Program-made: the position numbers and the translations under genes
DNA from: Phyllosticta citribraziliensis
Lineage: Eukaryota
Direction: 5' to 3'
DNA: 64,000 nucleotides
Assembly (NCBI RefSeq): GCF_038025025.1
Contig: NW_027117347.1
Coordinates: forward strand, 248,001 to 312,000
Shown here: piece by piece, positions 49,678 through 61,907 of the stretch
Numbering within the stretch: the stretch's first letter is position 1
How the letters are laid out: every line of letters starts with the position of its first letter
The notes under the pieces: generated by a model
The model's input: only the letters and a program-made list of their open reading frames with translations
Told to the model about the DNA's origin: nothing
Databases searched by the model: none

Positions 49678-50331
49678 TTAGAAACCTGGATCCGGGGCGT
49701 CAGTGTCACGGGTCTCGCCAATGTTGAGGTCGAGGCGGGGGCCACTCACGCAAAGGAGTAAAGAACCACCTGTTCTTGCCGCTCTGGTATCTCTCCTCCA
49801 GGGCCTTCTTGACGTTCTTCTTGGCGTCCTCGCGCTGGCTGACCTCCTTGAAGGTGTCGTTGGAGACGGCGCCCTTGAGGCCCTCGAGCTCGAGCGTGTA
49901 GCGGGTGGGCATCAGGTGGTTGTAGTTGACCGTCTTGATGAAGGGCTTGACCTTGGAGCGCTTGGTCTGGCGGGCCTTGGACATGCGGCGGGTGACCTTG
50001 GACGGGTAGCGCTCGATGCCGGCGACGAGCGCGTGGGGGAAGGGGTGCGACTTGCTGCCGCTGTCCTGGGGCTGGATGATCACGACCTGTAGAATTTCCA
50101 CCCTTGAGTCAACTCTTTGTCCTTTCGGTTTCTTGTTCCGCGCGTTCGGTTCGTCCGCCGGGCGATTGCGAGGGCGCGTCGAGCGTCGTCGGAGGGGTTC
50201 GTCGTACCTTCTTGCCAGCAAAGCGGCCCCGGGTGATGATGGCGACACGGCCGACCTTGAGGACTGCAAACGCAGCAACGTCAGATTCAATCGCAATGGG
50301 CGAGCGGGCGGGGCTCCAACGTACACTTCAT
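49678..50331 (-). CDS. RPL27: 60S ribosomal protein L27 (eL27); coding exons 50325-50331, 50208-50263, 49750-50086 and 49678-49685
   Basis: [29 protein letters not shown]...[11 protein letters not shown]...[10 protein letters not shown]...[12 protein letters not shown]. Confidence 0.97.
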
Positions 50332-51352
50332 CTTGCCTGCTGTCGTCAGTTGAACGGAGGGGAAAGTCGTGATGTGGTCGTCGATGATTTTTCGGAGTCT
50401 GCCCGCATGGTGGCCGGTCAATCCAAGCGAGCGGCTCGGGGCTGGGTTGCTCCGGCTCCGGCGCCGGCGCCGACGCCAAGACTTCTTTGACAAACTCAAC
50501 ACCGAGGACGACGCGATCAATGTCATTATTGTCTACCTGGTGGCCATCACTCGTTCAATGGTCATGGTCTTGTTCCCATGCGATGCAGTGGTCGTGGAGA
50601 GGCGCCAAGTGAATGACCACTGCTGCCCAACTCCACCACCGCCATCATGTCCAAACCCAGTGCACGAAATCGGTTGGTCTCTGGCCTCACTCATCATGAC
50701 ATGATTCTACAGTGCAGTGCATTGCGCGTGGTTGACAGCTGTCGGCGTGTCTCAAAGAGCTGTGCCGCTGGCCTCTCGCCGTCAGCCCGCGTTGCCATGG
50801 GCAGTCGCACGCAAACGCAGGCCTGTCGGAGAAGATGACGGTCTGGGCTGCGTCTGGGGCAGCGATGGGAAGGGCTGGAGGAGAACGGCAACGACTCCGC
50901 CGTCCAGTGACGTGGAGAAGTGGAGTGGAGAGTGGTGGTGAGTGGTGTTGGAGTCTCAGGTCGTCCCTCTCGTTGCCGCCGGATCGCCGTGGCCCGTGCG
51001 TTGTTTACTTCTGTTTGGGGTTGCTCGATCGACGGCTGCCGCTATGTATCACCGCCTGCACTGCACTGCTGCTCCCATCCCACGTCAACAACTGACCTCG
51101 ACGCCTGCTCTGCTCTGCTCTTGATCAAAAGTTTTGCTGCTTTCGTCCCCTCTTGCGCCGTTCCTCACACTCACCTTGCGCCACCAATTCCTCTCCCCCG
51201 CAGAGCATGAGGTGTGCTCTTGACCCGCCGCACACAGAGCCTCAGTGAACCGAGCATTCCTCCGAGTCCACCACCCACGCACGCACGCATTGCTCGCATT
51301 CTTGTTCGATTAGAGATACCCCTTCAGCGCTACACGAAAAAGCTTGTCCGCA

Positions 51353-54300
51353 ATGGCTTCGTCGAGCCGCTCGAGCTCCAGGGAGCGGGATGCGCTCGTC
51401 AAGCACCAGCATTCCTTCCCCGAGTCGCCGCTTTCCCCGTCCAGAAAACCAGTCCCCATGTAAGCTCCCTGCGCAGCGCCTTGTCCCATTGTTTTTTGCA
51501 GTCACCTAAGTCCTTGTTCAGCAACAAACATGAAATGGATACCCTCCAGAAGGTGACAATGCCACTAACAAGTCGTCTCCGACTGCACAGGTGGGACAGC
51601 TCAGACCCTGAGCGCGCACCTCCTCCACTTCCTCTGAACCCGAACCCCGGCTCTCCGAGCACTCGCGCAAACGCCTCGCCCAACATTGCTGCCGCCGCCA
51701 GGCAGATTGAGGAAAAGGCCCGCGAAAATGCGCCCTCCCCATACACCATGAACCCTCCTCCCCCCAAGTCCAGCTCCCCCGAGCGCTCTCTGATCAAAGG
51801 CGCTGCACACAAGAGGATGCAATCCCTGCAAGACGTCAACATTCGCGACTTTCGCAGTTTTCTGAACCCCACAAGATCTGCTGCCACGTCGCCCGAGCGG
51901 CCAGGCAGCCGGACCAGCACCTCTGGCCTCGGAGACAGCTTGAGCTCGCCTCCCACGTCCCCGGACAAGAGCAGCTCGCTCGTGTCGACACCTACCCCGG
52001 CTGATCGGGGCTTCTTGAAGGAGACGCCACACTTGCGCCCGTCGAGCAGGTCCAATCACAAGGCCATATTGGGAGAAAACACGCCGCCCTCTGCTACTTA
52101 TATGGCTCTGCAGTCCATGCCAGTTCGCGACTTTGAATCTCCCCTCTACGAAACGACCAACGGTGCTACCCCCAGGCCCAAGCAGGAGCAGCCTGACCTG
52201 TCGATTCAGATCAGGGACATCACCACGATTGCCCAAAACCTGCAGCATGAAATGGCGCAGCTGAGCCGACGCAGCAAGGACAATGCCACGGACCTCCTCA
52301 GTCTCAAGGACGCTACCAACTCGCGCGATGAGGACATTCGGAAGAGCTTGAAAGAGCTCTCCCAAAATCTCAACGCCATGTCCATCTTCACTCCTCCCCA
52401 GGCTCCGGGCCTGCACTCGCGCTCAAACAGCTTTGGCGGCTTCAACAGCGGCCCGGGCACCCCTCCTCCGGGCGACAAGGGCGGATTCCGACTTCCTCGC
52501 ATCACTCCTCCGTACCACGACGACCGTTCCGTCAGCCCCAACCCGTACTCGATCGAAGGTGCTGCGAGCGTTGCCATGTTGGAGAAGATTATTCGAGAAA
52601 TGGTTACGAAAGAAGGCCAGGAGCGTCTGATAACCAATCTCAATACCCTCTTCGAAAAGGCGAACCAAGAGTCCAGCGAGGCGGCCAAGAAGGTTGGCGA
52701 GTTGGTGGAATTCATCAAATCAGGATCGGACAGCCATGCGCTGACTTTTCGCGACACCAGCAACGGTGAACAGTCCTCAGGTCCCAATGCTGGTGCTGTC
52801 GCGCGGGCCACTCGGGAACTCAAATCTGCTGGCTTTGCGCCACAGGCCGATGCGAATTCTTCAAAGCCTTACTCGGCCAAGGGACCCAGTGGCGATTTTG
52901 TCAGCAACGACATGATCAAGATGATGAAGAAGATCCACGAAAGCGTTACCAAGTCAGGTGGAATCACAGCCGAGGTCAAGGCTCTTGTGCGTGACCTTCG
53001 CGGCGAAGTGCTGGGCATGGGCCGCGAGCTGGGTCGGAAGATTGACGAAATGACCCCCAACAGCAGTCGCGCACTGGCGATTGAGGATGGCGAGGAAAAG
53101 GAGGATGTCGCCGCGATTGTTCGGGACGCCATGGGAGAGCTCCAGGAGCAGATGCAACAGCTTTTCCATCAACGACGTCGTGACTCGCTTGCTTCTAGTG
53201 CAGTCAGCAATGACGAGGTCCATGCTGTAGTAAAGCATGCGCTGGGACAGCGAGAGGGCGAGGCGCCGCTCAACAAGGAGGCCATCATCGAAGCTGTCAA
53301 GGAGGCTTACGACAGCAGCAAGCCGCAATTCGAATTCCAGCAATTCGGGCTCGAGCGCGACGACATTCTCGACTGTCTCCGCGAAGGCCTCGATCAATAC
53401 CGCTCTTCGCTGACTGCTTCCCACCCCCAAATCAGCCGGGAAGAGGTCATGGACGCCGTGCTGGAAGCCATGCAGCACGTAGAGATTCCTCAAGCCGCAA
53501 TTGAGACCCAGGAGATTCGTGAAGAGGTCATTTCCGCCGTTCGCGAGTGCTTGGACGAGTTCAAGCCTTCGATGCAAGTGGCTCAGCCCGCTCAGCCTCA
53601 ACTGGACCCCCAGGTTGCACATGGTCTCTTGCTAGAGGCCGTCAGGCAAGGATTCGAAAACTACGGCGCGAGTGCGGCTCAAGAGGCCAGAATGTCGCGC
53701 GACGAAATGATTGAAGCCGTTTCTCGCGCTCGCCAAGATGGTCTCGAGCTTGACATTTCTAGGGACGACCTCTTCGACGCTGTCAAAGCTGGCTTGGACA
53801 ATATCACGCTTCCGCCTGTCCAGGTCAACTATGGCGATCAAGTCTTGCAGCTGCAAGATCTTGTCGACCACATGCGGGCAGAGTTCAAGGCCTACTCGTC
53901 GGCCAACGGACGCGACACCGAGCAGGTCCTGGATGCCATGAAGGACGGCATGGAGGCTCTCCGTGGAGAAATTGAGCGATACGTCGATCGTGCGCAGGAT
54001 GTCACCGGAAAGGATGAAATCATCGATTCGCTGAGGACAGGCCTCGAAAATCTCCGGAGCGACGTCCAAACTTACGTTGCCGCTGGCCCTCAGGGTGACC
54101 AATCCCTCAACCGTCATGAGATGCTGGAATACATCCGGTCAGAATTTGAGCATCTCCACGAATCAATGAGCAACCAGATTGTTCCCGCTGCCAAGAACGA
54201 CAACCAGGAGGTCCTCAGCGTCCTCAACGACGGCTTTGAAAGCCTCAAGGCTGAAATGGTCAAGCGTGCCGAAGAGGACTCGACCAAGGAGGAAGTCGAA

Positions 54301-57300
54301 GAGGCCATGAAGGCTGAATTCGAGCAGCTGCGTGAGTCCGTTCTCAGCGGTACTGCTTCGCAACGCGACGAGATCTTGGATACCATCCACGCCAGCCTTG
54401 ACGGCCTGCACAACAAGCTCGATTCCAGGGATGTGGACAGCAGGTCTATTCAATCGAATGACGACATGCTCACCATGTTCAAGGACGAATTTAGCCATCT
54501 CCGCGAAGTTCTTGCATCAACCATTGTCAAGGCAGACTCGGGGTCGCACGATGAACTTGTCGACACTATGCGCGAGCAAATGGAAGCCATCCGCACTCAA
54601 ATCACGTCAGACCAAGGCGAATCTTCCAAGGAGACGCTGGGCGCCGTCAGAGAGGAGCTGGAGCACCTGCGAGAGACTCTTGGTGGCACCCTGGTCAAGA
54701 GTGGTTCCTTTGAAGAAAAGGAGGAGATTCTCGACACGCTGCGGACTGGCTTCGAAAGCATCAGAGAAGCGCAGGTGCAGACTCCCAATCCTGGAATCAG
54801 CGAGGAGTTTATTCAAGCTCTCAACGAGACGCTTGAGCAGCTTCGTAGCTCCATTGCCGGCAACGTTGCTCGCCGTGCAGACACTGATGAAATCCACGAG
54901 ACGCTCCGCCTTGGCCTTGACGACCTCCGCTCCCACCTCGACAAGAAGATTGATAACCCTGAACGTTCCATGTCGGCGACTGGCGAGATCTTGGATGCCT
55001 TGAACGACGGTGTCGAGTCCTTGCGCACTGAAATCAACGGCATTGAGCCCAAGCCCATGGACATGTCTGTCAACTACGAGATTTTGGAAACTCTCAAGGA
55101 CGGTATCCGCACCATCACCACGGAAATCACCCGTCTCAAGGGTGACAAGAAGGCCACCGTTGAAGACGACATTTCAGCTGTTGGCAACGAGGTGGTGCTT
55201 GCCGATGACCCCGAAAGTGCACTCAGCCGCGATTCTCAAGTTGATGTTGAGCGTCCTGCCAATCGTCCTGCCGGTCTTGCCAGGGATGATCTCAAAGACT
55301 TGGAGGTAGTGATGACTCAGTTGAAGATCAAAGTCGAGGCCATGGACGACAACATGCAAAATTTCACGGCACCCACCGCAGTCCCCGAGGGCGTCGCTCT
55401 CAAGGACGATTTGGACAGTGTCGTGGGCAAAGTTGTGGACAAGGATGACTTGGCCGGTCTCGATGCGAAGCTCGAGGATCTCAATGCAAACCTGGAGGAG
55501 CGTTTCGCCGGCATGGATATCAAGCACGACCTTGGTGAAATTTCCGAAATTCTCAAAGATCTACAGGCCGCCATTGTTGTTCTGTCCGAAGACAAGAAGC
55601 GCGACACCGACATCATTGATGGCGTCGCCAAAAAGGAAGACACGGACGCCATTGAGACACTTGTGCAGAATACCAAGGCCAAACTCGATGATTTTGGGGA
55701 CCCCGAGGCTCTTGCCAAGAAGGAGCACCTCGACGTCATTGAAGCCGGAGTGATTGATGTTAGCGACGCCCTCAGCAAGCTTTCTGAAAAGATTTCCGGC
55801 GAGGAAGTTGCCTCCAAGGGAGACGTTGCGCTTGTCGAGGTGCTTGTCGGGGAGATCAAGAGTGGAGTCGAAGAGCTCAAGGCAGCCTTGCCTTCTGATG
55901 ACGAAAAGGCGCAGGATGCCAAAAAGGATCATATCGAGGCCGTCTCTGTTGCAATCTCAGAGTTGAGCGCCAAGGTCGCCACTCTCCCCGACTCTGACTC
56001 TGTTCCTACCAAGGTGGAGCACGAGCAGTTGGTTGGTCTCATCAACGACTTGCGCGATGGCTACGACAAGCTCAAGGATGCGTATGAGAGCGACATCAAT
56101 GTCACGGCCAAGGCATTTGACGACCGCAAGAACGAGTCTGACACCATCATCGCCAAGGTAGGGGAGCTCAGGGAATTCTTGGAGGCAGTCAAGGAGGAAA
56201 TCCAGACTAAGCTTCATGAGGGCGGCGAAGGAGTCGACGGCATCAAAAATACGCTCAAGACTCTCGAGGAAGACATTGGCACCAAGTACAATGTCACAGC
56301 CGATGTCAAGGAGCTTATGGAGACTCTGAACCGCGAATTTGAGCGCGCTCACGGCTCTTTCGAGGAACTCAAGACTGACTCGGAAACCAAGGCAGCCGCC
56401 AACCTGGAGAAGCACGAAGAGATCAAGGATGCCATCATCAACGGTCTGAATGAGAAGCTCGAGGCCAAATTTGCGGACCTCATGAACAAGAATGATGATA
56501 TGCTCGTCATTGCAGAGTCGCAAGCGCAGAAGCTTGACGAAAAGACGGCTCAACAGGAAGAGCTCATGACCAGTGCCAAGGGAATGACAGAGGACCTCAA
56601 GATTACGATGGACACACTCGGGACCACTGTGACGGCCATGGACTCGACGCTCAAGGAGACGGCCGAAAAGGTCACCAGCGAGTCCGCAGTGGTGTCGCAG
56701 GGCCTGACGGACATGGTGGCAAAGATTGACGACAGCCACGATGACAACAAGGGCGAACACGAGGCCACTCGCGAGGATATCTCGCACGCTCACGAGGAGA
56801 ATATCAAGGAGCACGAGTCTACTCGGGATGAAATTGCCAAAGCCTTGACTGCCCTGACCGCCATGCAAGACGACCTGACCGAGAACCACCCCAAATTTCT
56901 GGTTACCCTCCAAGAAGTCCTGGCACTGGCTCACCAGCACAAGGAGGCTCAGGAAGAGGCCAAGGCCGCCGCCGATGCCGCGAAAGAAGAGGAAAAGACT
57001 CGTTCTGAGCAGCTCAAGGAAAGCTTCTTTGCCGGGCTCCCTGCTCTGTTGCCTTCTCCTGAGTCTACGGAAAAGTTCGACGATACCTCTCTTCAAGAGA
57101 AGCTTGACAAGCTCCTTGACCATGCAACTGCGGGTGAAAAGGCCGGCGAAACCCTCGAGTATCTCCAAGATATCCAGAGGACGGTCTCCAACACCGCTGC
57201 TGAGATTTCGGATTTCGTCAAGCACCAGACCAGGCTCATCACCGAAGGCCATGAGAATCGGGAAAAGGAAAGTGAGGAGATTGCTCTGCTGATTGAGCGC

Positions 57301-58866
57301 CGCCTGTGCCAAAAGGAGCAAATTGAGCAAGATATTCACTACCTCAACGGCGAAAAGGATCACATTCGTCACGTCGTCGAGGGCCTCCGCAGCGACAAAG
57401 AGTACCTCACAGCTCAAAAGACTCGCCTCAAGGCAGATATTGCTGCACTGGAAATGGCCGGGGACCTGCGCAAGCAAGAGATCAAGATTTTCGAGGCCCG
57501 CGCCGAGGAGATGCATCGTTTCATGGTCGAAGGAATCATGGATGTGTCGCGGGCTATGCTCCTGAATACCGGTAAACGCGTCGCCCGCCGGCCTCGCGAT
57601 CCCAAGGACATTGCCGAAGACGCTACGGCGATGCCTCCTCCAAGCGCTGCGGCAAAGAACATTGCTTTTGCCATGAACCGTCCTACCGTCAAGCGTCAAA
57701 GCATGGGACTGCCCCTGGACCCAGCCAACAGGCGCATCTTCTCCCTCAGCCAGATTGACCCCAATTCACGCAGTCCCAAGGGCGCCGGCCACGGCCTCTC
57801 TGGTCTTCCCAACACTGGACTCAAGCGCAGCCACTCGGTCAAGACCAACTTTGGCCTGGGCGGTCCTGGCCGCAAAGTTTCATGGGGCTCGGTCAAGCAG
57901 CAACGCGCTGTCAGTGATTTGGCCAACAAGGAAAACGACATTCTCTCCGAGGAAGAAGAGGACCTTGGTACGGAAATCGAGCATAGCGATGGCGGCAGCA
58001 CCCAGCGTCGCCACAGCATCGTGACGGGCTCGGAGATTGCAAGTTCGTACGACGACCGTTCCGAGTACACGCGCGACCTCGAGGGCATCTCGCCTGGCAC
58101 GGATGGAGACCGTCGTAGCAGCTACCTCGCCGGCTCAGAGTACACATACGGCTCTAGTTACATTACCGACAGCGAGGCCGGCCCGCGCACCGAGGGCGAC
58201 GAGCGCAGCAGCATGTACTCTGGCGGCGACGTTAGCGACGACGACGACGTCGAAGACGACTTCCAGGACGCCACCGAGACGGAAGCCGGCGATGAGAATG
58301 ACAAGTCCCTCACGCCGACCCCTGGTGATGCGCCTGCTACGACCGCGTCCACCGCACCGACCTCTGCCCCATCCGCCGTCGATCGCGGAATGGACAACCT
58401 AGACGAACTAGAGGCCAAACACGATGAGTCCATGACGGCCGTGGACGAGGTCGACGAAGCCGCGCACAACATGGCCACGCAGAGCAAGGACAGCTCGGCA
58501 TCGCCCTCGCCGCCGCCGCCCGAAATCGACGCCGAGACGCGCATGGCGCAGCTGGACAAGGACATGAGCAACGTGTCGGAGCTCGACGGCGTCGACGACG
58601 CAGACATGACTCCTGCCACGGCCGCCGCCGCCGCCGACATGGCGGCCTCAGGAGGCAAAAAGACGCCGCCCCAGCCCATCATCGTCAACCATCACCATGT
58701 CCCGAGTGACAGCGGCCTCGGCAGCGAGATTCCAACTGCGGGCATCGTGCCCAGCGGCATGGCTGACTATTTCCGCCGCGCGGCCGAGGAGGAGAGCAGC
58801 TGTGTCAGTAGTAACTGCGCCAGCGGCGTCACGGTTGAGGGGACGGAGACGGAGGTGGGAAAGTAG
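51353..58866 (+). CDS. Very large (~2460 aa) acidic helical/coiled-coil protein of unknown function; intron 51460-51590
   Basis: 7.3-kb open exon. The short first exon MASSSR...KPVPM splices (GTAAGC...CTAAC...CAG) to WDSSDPERAPPPLPLNP. Repeated amphipathic helices. Confidence 0.9.
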
Positions 58867-59924
58867 GGTGATTGATGGGTCTGGGATTCGGGGGGTTCGG
58901 AGTAGTAGTCGTGGAGTCTTGTTGTTCTGTCTGGCTTGCTGGCTCGATGCATGCATGATGGTGGCGTGGGTACGGATATGGATGGCATGGCGTCTTGGTG
59001 TGTTGTTTCCTTGGGCTCGCTCGGCCATGATAACTTGGCTACGTTGTGGCTTTTGCGTTGGTTGCTTGGTTGGTGGCTGGCTGGCCGGTTGGCGCCGTTT
59101 TTCCTGTGCTCTTTTCCCGCTTGCTGGCTTCCTTTTCCCTTTTTCCTTTTTCATTTTCTCTTTTCTCCTGCTCGTAAGCTGTCAACTTGATAGTGGCGGC
59201 GAGGTTGCGATGGAGGTTGGTCGTTTCTAATACATGAATGAATGCTTGCATGTCTCATGTCTCATGAAATCCTTCTGCTGCTTTCTTTTCACTTTGGCTT
59301 GCTTTTTCGTTGCTTCTCGGTTTACTGGTTGATTGGGATGAAGTTCATGATGAGATGACGCGATTAGCGTAGTTACTCGATCGTGGCGGGACGTTTTATT
59401 TGCAAGCGCTCCCGTTTGTCAATCGACTGACTGTGAATTGAATGAATTTGGCGGGTTTGATGCATTTGATGCTCATGTAAATCCATCTGTCTGTCCTGTG
59501 GTTGCAGCCACATTTCCGTTTCGAGGGCAACACTTACAAGAATGACAGTCTCAAGAAAAAGGGAATGCCCAGATCTTCCAACGACAAATTTCAAGTCCAT
59601 GTTCCTGGTCGGTAAGGATGAAGGAAGTGAGGAAAGGAGAAAGTAGCAGTAAGAAATGTAGAAGAAAGTGATGATGCGCTCAACCAGACAGCTGCTGTAG
59701 GAGACACAAAGAGCCGATCCAGTCTTCCGCCCACAGTAAGGCCCTGTCACAGCCGTAGTCGCAGTCAGAGTGAGTGGGAAAAGAAGAGAAACAACCTCAA
59801 CCTCAACCCCGAACCAAGACAACACCCTCAAGAAGAAGTATTCAAAACACCAAAGCCCGTCCCACATCGATTGCACACAACACTCCCCCGCCCATCCTCC
59901 CAGGGCCTTCCCTCACCCACCCCT

Positions 59925-61106
59925 TCACGCCTTGTGGACGACCAACCAAACCGGCGGCGCCACGCCATCGCCCCTGCGCTCACTCCACCCCATACTCGCC
60001 AAGCTCCTGCCGCCGCGCTCGCCGCCAAACACGACCGTGGTGCCCTTCTGCCAGCGATTGCCGCCCAGCTCGACGACCTCGGTGACGGCCCACCGCGCGC
60101 TGCCGCGCCCCAGCGCCGTCATCAGCTTGTTGACGCTCCACTCGACGTCGGCGCCGACGATGCTGAAGTGCCCGTCGGGCCCCGTCGGGACGCCGACGCA
60201 CGCCCCGGCCGCGGGCTTCTTTTTGCCGCCCTTCTTGTCGCTGCTGGGCGCCGCCTCCCATGGCTTCAGCCCCGTTTTGCTGAAGACGTGCAGCTTGGTG
60301 TGCGCCGCGGCGTGCAGCGTGTTGGTGCCTGCGCGCTGGCCGCCGGGGACGCGCCGGCCGGGGATCGTCAAGGGGGCGGCGTCTTCGTCGTCGGCGTCTT
60401 CCTTGTCGGAGGCGGCGGGCGTCGAGGGTTCTGAGGTTGAGTCGTCAGCCTGTTCTTCTTCTTCTGCCTCGTCGGCGTCTTCTTCTTTTGCCTTGGTTGA
60501 CTTGGGTGCTGGAGCAGACTTGGCGCTCGAGGCCCCTTTGGCGGCAGCCGGCTTCTTGCTGCTGCTGCTGCTCTTGATGCTGATGGTCGTGGTGCGCGTG
60601 GTGCTCGACTTGGTTGACTTGGATTTGGATTTGGGCTTGGGCTTCTCCTCCTCCGCCTCCTTCTCGACCTCCCCCTCGCTCTCCTGTTCCTTACCATCGT
60701 CATCAGCGCCTCCAGCACTGGTCGAAGACACGTCGTCCGCGTCATCCGCGTGCGGCGGCGGCGGCGGGACAAAGACGCCATCGTACAGCGGCGCGTCGTC
60801 GTAGAACCGTGCGCGGCGGCGTCGGTGGTGCGTCGTGCGCCGGTGACGCGAGGCGTAGTAGACGTCGTCAAAGTCGTAGTGGCTGCCGGGAGCAGGGGGC
60901 GGCGGGGGCATGCCGGCTGGAGGAGCTCCGTCGTAGGCAGGTGGCGGAGGGGGCATCATGCCGTTGGCGCCGCCGTATGCATCGCGGTTGTGGTGTCTGC
61001 GCTGTGTCGAGGGGAAGTAGAATGTGCGGCGGTCGGCCCAGGGGCGCCAGTTGTTGGGAGGCTCGTACCCGGCATCAGCGCGCCATCCAAAAGGGGGGAC
61101 GTTCAT
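59925..61106 (-). CDS. Hypothetical protein: Pro-rich N-terminus, low-complexity linker, compact Trp-rich C-terminal domain (393 aa)
   Basis: Long GC3-rich ORF with ACCATG start. The C-terminus reads WSVNKLMTALG...WAVTEVVELGGNRWQKGTTV...LASMGW...PPVWLV. Confidence 0.75.
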   Translation of the reverse strand: MNVPPFGWRADAGYEPPNNWRPWADRRTFYFPSTQRRHHNRDAYGGANGMMPPPPPAYDGAPPAGMPPPPPAPGSHYDFDDVYYASRHRRTTHHRRRRARFYDDAPLYDGVFVPPPPPHADDADDVSSTSAGGADDDGKEQESEGEVEKEAEEEKPKPKSKSKSTKSSTTRTTTISIKSSSSSKKPAAAKGASSAKSAPAPKSTKAKEEDADEAEEEEQADDSTSEPSTPAASDKEDADDEDAAPLTIPGRRVPGGQRAGTNTLHAAAHTKLHVFSKTGLKPWEAAPSSDKKGGKKKPAAGACVGVPTGPDGHFSIVGADVEWSVNKLMTALGRGSARWAVTEVVELGGNRWQKGTTVVFGGERGGRSLASMGWSERRGDGVAPPVWLVVHKA

Positions 61107-61907
61107 GGTTGTTGTTGTTGAAGTTGTCAGGGGGATCAGGGGAGGATGTTGGCGAGTGGTGTTGAAAGACAGAAGACAATTGTCTGGCTTTGTGAGTATG
61201 CGGGGGAATTGTGGTCGATGGTAGAGTGAAAGTGGAAGACAGCGGACACAGATGGCTATTTTATCTGCTGGAGTTGCGAATATCGGGACAGCCAAATGGC
61301 CAGCAGACTGGGGGCGGTACAGAAGACTGACCGAGGTGGCAGGGGGTGGCTGACCTTGTTCCCTTTGTTGCTTGGGGGTGACCTCTCCTTTTCTCTCTCC
61401 GTCGCGGATTATAATGGCCAACAATGCCCCAAACGGGCTGCATGACGGCCCCGACGAACGACGCGTGGCTAACGACCGCTAGCAAGACTACCACCGAGAC
61501 TACCACCAGAACAAACGTCCCAAGAAAACAAAGGCTTGTGAGTCATGTCGCGAGAAATGGCATGGCCATGAGCGAGAGTTGGTATGACACGACCGAGGAT
61601 TCGTATGACCAAGAAGAGGCGGCATGGCCACGTAGGAACGTCATGGCCACGGGCCACAGTTGAAATGGGCATGAAGGGAGAAGAATAGCGCAGCTGAACA
61701 AAATAAACAGCGAGGTCGCTCCCGACCAGCATGCACATCGCGCACTTGCTGCCTTGGCCATATGAGCTGCACACCAGACACACACTGGGCACCACCAAAG
61801 AACTGCTGTCAGCAATCGAAGTCTGCAAATCAACGAATCTCCTGAAGGGTTGCAAGAACAAAAGACCAAGAATTGGGCACCAGCAAAAAATGTGTATTCC
61901 TACACAA

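Noticed and set aside
51214..51590. ORF-track start at 51214 for the giant protein
   Set aside because: Non-ATG start reading through a canonical intron; the spliced model from ATG 51353 fits better.
55957..57699. 580-aa antisense ORF, and similar ones at 805-1668, 26906-27883 and 20502-21089
   Set aside because: Shadow ORFs caused by the codon bias of real genes on the opposite strand.
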